Shown here: positions 46,468 to 53,851 of the stretch, one piece after another
How positions within the stretch are numbered: position 1 is the stretch's first letter
How the letters are laid out: each line of letters begins with the position of its first letter
From: Microbacterium sp.
Lineage (GTDB): Bacteria; Actinomycetota; Actinomycetes; Actinomycetales; Microbacteriaceae
Direction: 5' to 3'
Assembly (NCBI RefSeq): GCF_035556355.1
Contig: NZ_DATMFG010000054.1
Span: forward strand, 175,367-239,366
DNA length: 64,000 nucleotides
Notes under the pieces: generated by a model
What the model saw: only the letters and a program-made list of their open reading frames with translations
Told to the model about the DNA's origin: nothing
The model's database searches: none
Translations under genes and position numbers: made by a program

Positions 46468-47309
46468 TGCTGCTCACGATCGGCGACCTCATCGACGATG
46501 TGCTCGTCCGCCGCGCCGGGGGCCTCGAACGCGGCACCGACAACGCCGCCACGATCCGGCACGCGCGCGGAGGAAGCGCCGCGAACGTCGCCGCCGCGGC
46601 GGCGGCATCCGTCGCCACTCGATTCATCGGATGCGTCGGCGACGACCCCGCAGGTGACGCGCTCGTCCGCCGGCTCGAGCGGGCCGGGGTCGATGTCCGG
46701 GTGCAGCGGGGCGAGCGCACCGGCACGATCGTGATCCTCGTCGATGATGAGGGCGAGCGCACGATGATCACCGATCGAGGCGCCGCGGCCGAACTGGGTG
46801 CGATCGATCCGTCGTGGCTCGACGGCGTCGACTGGGTGCACGCGCCGCTCTACGGATTCTCGAGGGAGCCGTCGCGCTCCGCGATCGTCGAGGCGATCGA
46901 GCGGATGCCGCGACCTCCCGCCCGCGTGAGCCTCGACCTCTCGAGCATCGCCACGATGCGCGACCTCGGCGCCGGAAGGCTGCAGACGCTCATCGCGAGG
47001 CTCCGGCCCGACGTGGTCTTCGCGAACCGCGACGAAGCGCGGTGCGCGGGCGACCTCGGCATCGATCTCTCGTCCGTCGAGGCGTACATCGTCAAGCGCG
47101 GAGGCGCGCCGGTCGTCGTCTCGGCGCGCGGCGACGAGGTGCACGTCCCGGTCGAGCCGGTGGAGGGCCTCATCGACTCCACCGGTGCGGGCGACGCGTT
47201 CGCCGCCGGCTACATCGCGGCCGCGATGAGCGGGACGGATGCCGCAGACGCCGCCCGCGCCGGAGCAGACCTCGCCCGGCGCGCTCTCACCGAGCTCGGG
47301 GCGCTCTAG
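46467..47309 (+). CDS. PfkB family kinase (probable pseudouridine kinase partner)
   Basis: GGSAANVA, DSTGAGDAFAAG; TGATG overlap with psuG. Confidence 0.82.
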   Translation: MLLTIGDLIDDVLVRRAGGLERGTDNAATIRHARGGSAANVAAAAAASVATRFIGCVGDDPAGDALVRRLERAGVDVRVQRGERTGTIVILVDDEGERTMITDRGAAAELGAIDPSWLDGVDWVHAPLYGFSREPSRSAIVEAIERMPRPPARVSLDLSSIATMRDLGAGRLQTLIARLRPDVVFANRDEARCAGDLGIDLSSVEAYIVKRGGAPVVVSARGDEVHVPVEPVEGLIDSTGAGDAFAAGYIAAAMSGTDAADAARAGADLARRALTELGAL

Positions 47310-47326
47310 GTCGACGATCGGAGCGA

Positions 47327-47348
47327 TGTCGGCGGCCGCCGCTACCGT
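47327..47348 (+). promoter_or_regulatory. PafBC-type promoter driving a leaderless DHFR-like gene
   Basis: TGTCGG-CGGCCGCCGC-TACCGT, ATG 6 nt after the -10 hexamer. Confidence 0.65.
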
Positions 47349-47354
47349 GTCGGC

Positions 47355-47915
47355 ATGCCTCGCGTGGTCTACTACACCGCAACGACTCTGAACGGTTTCC
47401 TCGCCGACGACAACCACTCCCTCGACTGGCTCTTCGCCGTTCCGGGCGGCGAGGGCGGCGACGCCGACTTCATGGAGTTCCTCGACGGCATCGGCGTCCT
47501 CGTGCAGGGTTCGTCCACCTACGAGTGGGTGCTCGAGCACGAAGACCTCATCGCGCACCCCGAGAAGTGGCCGAAGTACTACGGCGCTCGGCCCACGTAT
47601 GTGTTCACGAGCCGCAGCCTGCCCAGCGTGCCCGGTGCCGACATCCGGTTCGTCTCGGGCGACGTGAACGAGCCGTGGCCCGAGATCCGCGAAGCGGCAG
47701 GCGACCGCGACGTGTGGATCGTCGGCGGTGGCGATCTTGCGGGCCAGTTCGCAGACGCGGGGCTCCTCGACGAGATCCGGGTCTCCGTCGCACCCGCGAC
47801 GCTCGTGTCGGGCAAGCCGCTGCTCCCTCGCAACCTGGGTTCCGACCGCGTGACGCTGCAGGCTGTGCGCCAGATGGGTCAGTTCGCCGAACTCACCTTC
47901 TCGGTCTCGAGCTGA
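47355..47915 (+). CDS. Dihydrofolate reductase-like (RibD C-terminal) protein
   Basis: TTLNGFLAD..SLDWL, GSSTYE, VWIVGGGDLAGQF..LDEI. Confidence 0.87.
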   Translation: MPRVVYYTATTLNGFLADDNHSLDWLFAVPGGEGGDADFMEFLDGIGVLVQGSSTYEWVLEHEDLIAHPEKWPKYYGARPTYVFTSRSLPSVPGADIRFVSGDVNEPWPEIREAAGDRDVWIVGGGDLAGQFADAGLLDEIRVSVAPATLVSGKPLLPRNLGSDRVTLQAVRQMGQFAELTFSVSS

Positions 47916-47930
47916 CGCCGCCCCGGCGGA

Positions 47931-48059
47931 TCAGCATGGCAGCAGCACGCCGGCACCCACAAGCAGTCCGACGAGGATGTGGAGGGCGAACGACACGCTC
48001 CACGGGGCACCCGTCGCGCCGAACAGGCGTGCAGCCCAGTGGCGCGGCGGTTCGCTCAT
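47931..48059 (-). CDS. Putative 42-aa small membrane protein
   Basis: MSEPPRHWAARLFGATGAPWSVSFALHILVGLLVGAGVLLPC; ATG overlaps the SGNH stop (ATGA); hydrophobic C-terminal half. Confidence 0.45.
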   Translation of the reverse strand: MSEPPRHWAARLFGATGAPWSVSFALHILVGLLVGAGVLLPC

Positions 48060-48832
48060 GACGGGGTCGCTTCGTGCGGTGTCGGTTCGATCGTCACCCA
48101 GTCCGGGTACTTCGGCTCGCGTCCGTCGCCGGACGATGTTCCCGTGAGCCTGCGTCGCACCCACGGCCCGACATGTGTGCGATAGTACGCGGCGCCACGC
48201 GCCGCGGCGGGCGGCAGTTCGGGAAGCGACCACCACTCCTGCGGAGGGTCCATCCCGAGGGCATCGAGCACACGCGCCGCGACGCGGTGGTGCCCGCGCA
48301 CGTTCATGTGCAGCCGATCCTCCGACCAGTAACCGGACGACGAAAGCTCACGGTCGGGCCAGTTGAGTGCTCGCACCACATCCGGACGATCGCTCACGCG
48401 CGCGACGACCGCCGCCGAGAGCAGGTCTCCGCGGCGCTGGATCAGTCGACTCATCGGCAGCTGCGCGGACGGGTTCGCCCCCGACAGAAGGATGAGCTTC
48501 ACGCCCTCGTCGTCGCAGCGCTTGAGCACGAGGCTGAACGCGTCCGCGACGCTCGCGATGGAGGTGCGCGGGCGCAGCATGTCGTTGCCGCCGCCGTTGA
48601 ACGACAAGTGGGTCGGCTGGAGCGCGAGGGCCGGCTCGAGCTGCTCCTCGACGATCTGCCACACGAGCTTGCCGCGGATGGCCAGGTTCGCGTACTCGAT
48701 CGGCTCGCCCGTGGCATCCGCCCACCCCTGCGCGACGAGGTCGGCCCACCCTCTCACGCGCCCGTCGGGAAGCTCGTCGCCGACTCCTTCAGTGAACGAA
48801 TCGCCGATGGCGACATATCGAACGGATGCCAC
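48056..48832 (-). CDS. SGNH/GDSL hydrolase (paralog of 14465-15364)
   Basis: GDSFTEG, NLAIRG, GGND, DRLH. Confidence 0.88.
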   Translation of the reverse strand: MASVRYVAIGDSFTEGVGDELPDGRVRGWADLVAQGWADATGEPIEYANLAIRGKLVWQIVEEQLEPALALQPTHLSFNGGGNDMLRPRTSIASVADAFSLVLKRCDDEGVKLILLSGANPSAQLPMSRLIQRRGDLLSAAVVARVSDRPDVVRALNWPDRELSSSGYWSEDRLHMNVRGHHRVAARVLDALGMDPPQEWWSLPELPPAAARGAAYYRTHVGPWVRRRLTGTSSGDGREPKYPDWVTIEPTPHEATPS

Positions 48833-48851
48833 GGCCTCAGCCTACGGCCGC

Positions 48852-50222
48852 TCAGCGGTCGTCGAGGGACCGCCCGCGCCGGTCGATGAGACCCCAGGCG
48901 CCGCTGGCCGCGGCCACGAAGAACAGCGCGAAGACGATGAACAGCACCGGCGCCCCGCCGAGCGCGAGCAGCGGCGGAACCGTGAGCGGCGCCACGATCG
49001 ATGCCACACGGCCGACACCGGCGGCCCATCCCGAGCCCGTCGCACGCAAAGACGTCGGATACATCTCGGGCGTGACGGCGTAGAGCGCGCCCCACGCCCC
49101 GAGGTTGAAGAACGACAGCGCCATCCCCGCCGCGAGCACCGACCACTCCGCGCCGGCGGTGCCGAAGAGGATCGCGGAGACGGCGGACCCGGCGAGGAAG
49201 ACCGAGAGCGTGAGCCGCCTCCCCCACACCTCGATGAGCCACGCGGCGGCGGCGTACCCCGGAAGCTGTGCGAGCGTGATGACGAGCGTGAACCCGAACG
49301 AGCGCACCAGGTCGTAGCCCTGCGCGACGAGGATCGACGGGATCCAGATGAACGCGCCGTAATACGAGAAGTTCACGCAGAACCACACGAGCCACAGGCA
49401 CGCGGTCCGGACGCGGAACTCCGCCGACCAGAGCGCGGCGAGCCGCTCGCGGGCGGTCTGTGCAGCCGGCGGCAGCTCGATCGGGCCGGTCGTCAGCCGA
49501 CGTGCCGATTCGGCCGTCACCGACGATGACTCCTCGAACCCCCGGATGACGGCCTCAGCCTGTTCGTGGCGCCCGCGCCGCTCGAGCCACCGCGGCGACT
49601 CCGGCAGCCCCCACCGCACGATGAGCGCGTATGCCGCGGGGATCGCGCCGAGCGCGAACGCCCAGCGCCAACCGGCATCGGATGCGGGGATCACGAGGAA
49701 CCCGATGAGCGCCGCTGCCGTCCACCCGACGGCCCAGAACGCCTCGAGGATCACGATGAGCCGGCCGCGCATGCGCGCCGGCGCGAACTCGCTCACGTAC
49801 GTCGAGGCGACCGGCAGCTCCGCCCCGAGCCCGAGTCCGACGAAGAAGCGCAGGATGAGCAGCAGCATGATCCCGCCCACGAGGGCGCTCGCTCCAGTCG
49901 CGACGCCGTACACGAGCAGCGTCAGCGCGAACACCTGGCGGCGGCCGAAGCGATCGGCGAGCAGCCCGCCGAGTGCTGCGCCGACCGCCATGCCGACGAA
50001 GCCCATCGACGCGATCCACGCCGTATCTTCGGGTGCGAGGCTCCATTCCTGCGCGAGCGCGGCGAGGATGAACGAGATGAGCCCGACGTCCATGGCGTCG
50101 AGTGCCCACCCGATCCCGGAGCCGGTCAGCACACGCAGGTGCGCACGCGTGAACGGAAGGCGATCCAGCCTCTGCGACAGCGACGCGGTCGTGGCGGGCG
50201 TGGGTGGCGTCGGGACCGACAT
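48852..50222 (-). CDS. MFS transporter (aromatic acid/sugar-like)
   Basis: DAMD, GGLLADRFGRR, RFFVGLGLGAELP, ESPRWL, PEMYPTSLRATG. Confidence 0.92.
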   Translation of the reverse strand: MSVPTPPTPATTASLSQRLDRLPFTRAHLRVLTGSGIGWALDAMDVGLISFILAALAQEWSLAPEDTAWIASMGFVGMAVGAALGGLLADRFGRRQVFALTLLVYGVATGASALVGGIMLLLILRFFVGLGLGAELPVASTYVSEFAPARMRGRLIVILEAFWAVGWTAAALIGFLVIPASDAGWRWAFALGAIPAAYALIVRWGLPESPRWLERRGRHEQAEAVIRGFEESSSVTAESARRLTTGPIELPPAAQTARERLAALWSAEFRVRTACLWLVWFCVNFSYYGAFIWIPSILVAQGYDLVRSFGFTLVITLAQLPGYAAAAWLIEVWGRRLTLSVFLAGSAVSAILFGTAGAEWSVLAAGMALSFFNLGAWGALYAVTPEMYPTSLRATGSGWAAGVGRVASIVAPLTVPPLLALGGAPVLFIVFALFFVAAASGAWGLIDRRGRSLDDR

Positions 50223-50259
50223 GACTGAATCGTAGAGCCGTGCGACCGCCTGCGGCGCG

Positions 50260-51318
50260 CTATGCGAGCATTTCGCGCACCATGGGGACGACGCGCGTTC
50301 CGTACAGCTCGATCGAACGCATGAGCTTCTCGTGACTGAGCGTGCCGTTGGAGTACTTCAGGTCGAAGCGTGCGATCCCGAGGGTGCGGATCGTGTCTGC
50401 GATCTTGCGCGCGACGGTCTCGGGCGACCCGACGTACAGCGCACCCTCGGGCCCCACGTCGTGCTGGAAGCGCAGGCGGTTGTACGTGGGCCAGCCGCGC
50501 TCCTTCCCGATCGTGTTGTACATGCCCTCGAACGACGGATACGCCTCGTCCCACGCCTGCTGGTCCGTGTCGGCGATGTGACCCGGCGAATGGACCGCGA
50601 CGGGCAGCGGGGCGTGCCCGAACGACGCCACCGAGCGGTGGAACAGGTCGACGAACGGACGGAACCGCTCCGCCGGTCCCCCGATGATCGCGAGCGTCAG
50701 CCCGAATCCGTAGCGCGCCGCCCGCACGACCGACTCGGGCGAGCCCCCGACGCCCACCCACACCTTGAGGCCGTGCTCGGTCTTCGGGTAGACGTCGGCA
50801 TCGGTGAGCGCCGCGCGCGTGCGACCCTGCCACGTGACGGGCTTCTCCGTGACGAGCTGCGAGAACAGGTCGAGCTTCTCCTCGAACAGGATCTCGTAGT
50901 CGGCGAGGTCGTAGCCGAACAGCGGGAACGACTCGATGAACGAGCCACGCCCGAGCGTCACCTCCGCGCGCCCATTCGACACGGCATCGAGCGTGGCGAA
51001 GCGTTCGTACACGCGCACGGGATCGTCGGACGACAACACTGTCACGGCCGTGCCGAGACGGATGCCGCGCGTGCGGCCCGCGGCCGCGGCGAGCACGATC
51101 TCGGGGCTCGAGACGGCGAACTCCCGGCGGTGATGCTCCCCCACCCCGAACGAGGCGATCCCGACCTCGTCGGCGAGCACCGCCTCGTCGACGATGTTGC
51201 GGATCACCTGTGCGTACGTCAGACGGTTCCCCTCTGCGTCGACGGTCACATCGCCGAAGGTGTCGAGTCCGAAGGCGATCTCGTCAGGTGTGGATGCGGT
51301 GTCGGGCTGGTCGGTCAT
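50260..51318 (-). CDS. LLM-class flavin-dependent oxidoreductase
   Basis: FGLDTFGD, GVGEHH, TAVTVLSSDDPVRV, GRGSFIESF, WVGVGGSPES; AAAGGAG RBS. Confidence 0.9.
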   Translation of the reverse strand: MTDQPDTASTPDEIAFGLDTFGDVTVDAEGNRLTYAQVIRNIVDEAVLADEVGIASFGVGEHHRREFAVSSPEIVLAAAAGRTRGIRLGTAVTVLSSDDPVRVYERFATLDAVSNGRAEVTLGRGSFIESFPLFGYDLADYEILFEEKLDLFSQLVTEKPVTWQGRTRAALTDADVYPKTEHGLKVWVGVGGSPESVVRAARYGFGLTLAIIGGPAERFRPFVDLFHRSVASFGHAPLPVAVHSPGHIADTDQQAWDEAYPSFEGMYNTIGKERGWPTYNRLRFQHDVGPEGALYVGSPETVARKIADTIRTLGIARFDLKYSNGTLSHEKLMRSIELYGTRVVPMVREMLA

Positions 51319-51332
51319 GAGCGCGGTCTCCT

Positions 51333-51376
51333 TTGCATTCACGCGCATGCAACGTGCGATTCGGCGCACGCATTCC
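51333..51376 (-). promoter_or_regulatory. SigH/SigR-type promoter overlapped by a TTGCAT-N8-ATGCAA palindrome
   Basis: Minus strand GGAAT-N18-GTT (51376-51351); palindrome at 51333-51352. Confidence 0.6.
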
Positions 51377-51413
51377 CGGGTCACATGCGCGGCGCCCGGC
51401 GTACCGTGGTCAC

Positions 51414-52079
51414 ATGGCCATCTTCGCGGACCGCGCCGACGCGGGGCGAGTGCTCGCCGCAGCGTTGGAGCGCTGGAGGGGAACGGATGCCATCGTGTTC
51501 GGCATCCCACGAGGTGGAGTCGTCGTGGCGGCCGAGGTCGCGCGGATCCTGTCGCTGCCGCTCGCGGCGGTCGTCGTGCGCAAGCTCGGCGCAGCCCACC
51601 ACGAGGAGTTCGCGGTGGGCGCGATCGCCGAGGATGTGCGCCTTGTACGACCGGAGGCCGTGCGCACGGGGTTCACGACGCCCGAGGAGCTCGCGGCGGT
51701 CGAGCAGAAGGAGCGCGAGGAGCTCGCGCGCCGTACGCGCTTGTTCGGGGCGTCCGCCATCGACGTTTCGGGCAGAACCGCGCTCGTCGTCGACGACGGC
51801 ATCGCGACGGGTGCGACCGCGACCGTCGCGTGCCGTTCGCTTCGCGCGCGCGGGGCATCGTCCGTCGTGCTCGCCGTTCCGGTCGCACCGATCGACTTCG
51901 CGCCCGAGGCCGACAGCGTCGACGAGTACGTGTGCCCCAACCGCATCCGCGATTTCTGGGCGGTCGGGCAGTTCTATCGCGACTTCCGCCAGACCACCGA
52001 CGACGAGGTCGTCCGGCTGCTCTCCGCGTCGGCGAGCGGCGCGGACAGGTCCGCGGGAACGTCGACGGCCGGCGCCTGA
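51414..52079 (+). CDS. Type I phosphoribosyltransferase-like protein
   Basis: FADRADAG, GIPRGGV, VRKLG, VVDDGIATGAT PRPP loop. Confidence 0.88.
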   Translation: MAIFADRADAGRVLAAALERWRGTDAIVFGIPRGGVVVAAEVARILSLPLAAVVVRKLGAAHHEEFAVGAIAEDVRLVRPEAVRTGFTTPEELAAVEQKEREELARRTRLFGASAIDVSGRTALVVDDGIATGATATVACRSLRARGASSVVLAVPVAPIDFAPEADSVDEYVCPNRIRDFWAVGQFYRDFRQTTDDEVVRLLSASASGADRSAGTSTAGA

Positions 52080-52113
52080 CGCCCGATCACGGGCGTCAGG
52101 CGCCGGCCGTCGA
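52062..52113. terminator. 24-bp perfect stem-loop between convergent genes
   Basis: TCGACGGCCGGCGCCTGACGCCCG-ATCA-CGGGCGTCAGGCGCCGGCCGTCGA. Confidence 0.7.
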
Positions 52114-52118
52114 GTGGT

Positions 52119-53789
52119 TCAGCGCGAGAACGCCGCCCGCAGCGTGTCGAGGCCGACACCGCCGATGTCGAGCGCGCGCTTGTGGAACGCCTTGATGTCG
52201 AACGCGTCGCCCTGCGCGGCCTTGACGTCGTCGCGCAGCTGCTCCCAGATGCGCTGGCCGACCTTGTAGGACGGCGCCTGCCCGGGCCAGCCGAGGTAGC
52301 GGTTCACCTCGAACTTCACGAACTCGTCCGACATGTTCACGTTGCGGCGCATGAATGCGAGGGCGTAGTCCGCGTCCCACGTGCCCTGCCCGTCGGGTCG
52401 GGGCTTCTCGAGGTGCACGCCGATGTCGAGCACGACTCGGGCGGCGCGCATCCGCTGACCGTCGAGCATGCCGAGGCGATCGGCGGGGTCGCTCAGGTAA
52501 CCGAGCTGGTCCATGAGCCGTTCCGCGTACAGCGCCCAGCCTTCGGCGTGGCCGCTCGATCCGGCGAGCAGGCGCCGCCACGAGTTCAGCTGCGCGCGGT
52601 TGTAGACCGCCTGCGCGATCTGCAGGTGGTGTCCTGGAACGCCCTCGTGGTACACGGTCGTGAGCTCGCGCCACGTGTCGAATGAGTCGACACCCTCGGG
52701 CACCGACCACCACATGCGACCGGGACGCGAGAAGTCGTCGGTCGGGCCGGTGTAGTAGATGCCGCCTTCCTTCGTGGGGGCGATCATGCACTCGAGGCGA
52801 CGGATGGGCTCCGCGATGTCGAAGTGCGTCTTGCCGAGCTCCTCGATCGCGCGGTCGCTCGTCTCCTGCATCCACCGCTGCAGGGCTTCGGTGCCGTGCA
52901 GCTTGCGCTTCTCGTCCTGCTCGAGGAACGCGACGGCTTCTTCGACGGATGCCCCGGGCTTGATCTCGTTCGCGATGGCCTCCTGCTCGGCGACCATGCG
53001 CGCGAGCTCCTCGACGCCCCACTCGTACGTCTCGTCGAGGTCGATTGTGGCCCCGAGGAAGCGGCGGGACTGGAGCGCGTACAGCTCGCGGCCGACGGCG
53101 TCTTTCTCGGATGCGACCGGCGCGAGCTCGTTGCCGAGGAAGGCTGCGAGCTCGTCGTACGCCACGCGGGCGGCGCCTGCCGCGTCGGAGAGGTCACGGG
53201 CGAGCGAGGCCGGAAGCTGCCCTTCGCTCGGGTCGGCCTCGCCGACGAACGTGGCGAAGAAGCCGTTGTCGGACGTGTAGCGCTCGATCTGCGTGACGAC
53301 CTCCGTCACCTGCCGGCGCGCGGGGACGACGCCTTCGGCGATCCCTGTTCGCAGCGTTGCGATGTAGCCCTCGATGGCCGCCGGGAGTGCGCTGAGGCGC
53401 TTGGAGATCACGGACCAGTCGTCGACCGTGTCGGTCGGCATGAGGTCGAACACCGAGCGAAGGTCTTGCGGAGGCGACGCGATCACGTTGAGGTCGCGCT
53501 TCGGCCATCCGGCCTCGTACACGTCCAACTCGAGCCTCAGCTGGCTCGAGAGGTCATCCTTCGTGACCTGGTCGATCTCGTCGACCGGCGTCGCGGCCTC
53601 GAGCTCGGTGAGCGTCTTGCGCGCAGCGTCGAGGACGCGGTCGAGCCCCTCGGGCGAGTAGTCGCCGAAGCGGTCGTTGTACTCGGAACGGCCGATGTAC
53701 GTCGCGATCGTCGGTTCGAGCTCCGCGAGCGTGTCGACCCAGGTTTCGGCGATCTTGTCGATCTCCGTGGGAGTCCGTGGTTCAGTCAT
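52119..53789 (-). CDS. DUF885 family protein
   Basis: HEGVPGHHLQ, EGWALYAE, NRYLGWPGQAPSYKVG. Confidence 0.9.
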   Translation of the reverse strand: MTEPRTPTEIDKIAETWVDTLAELEPTIATYIGRSEYNDRFGDYSPEGLDRVLDAARKTLTELEAATPVDEIDQVTKDDLSSQLRLELDVYEAGWPKRDLNVIASPPQDLRSVFDLMPTDTVDDWSVISKRLSALPAAIEGYIATLRTGIAEGVVPARRQVTEVVTQIERYTSDNGFFATFVGEADPSEGQLPASLARDLSDAAGAARVAYDELAAFLGNELAPVASEKDAVGRELYALQSRRFLGATIDLDETYEWGVEELARMVAEQEAIANEIKPGASVEEAVAFLEQDEKRKLHGTEALQRWMQETSDRAIEELGKTHFDIAEPIRRLECMIAPTKEGGIYYTGPTDDFSRPGRMWWSVPEGVDSFDTWRELTTVYHEGVPGHHLQIAQAVYNRAQLNSWRRLLAGSSGHAEGWALYAERLMDQLGYLSDPADRLGMLDGQRMRAARVVLDIGVHLEKPRPDGQGTWDADYALAFMRRNVNMSDEFVKFEVNRYLGWPGQAPSYKVGQRIWEQLRDDVKAAQGDAFDIKAFHKRALDIGGVGLDTLRAAFSR

Positions 53790-53851
53790 GGGGTCCAGCC
53801 TACGGGTCCGGCTCCCCCGGACGAGGAGCCCGGACGCCGGCTTCCCGATGG

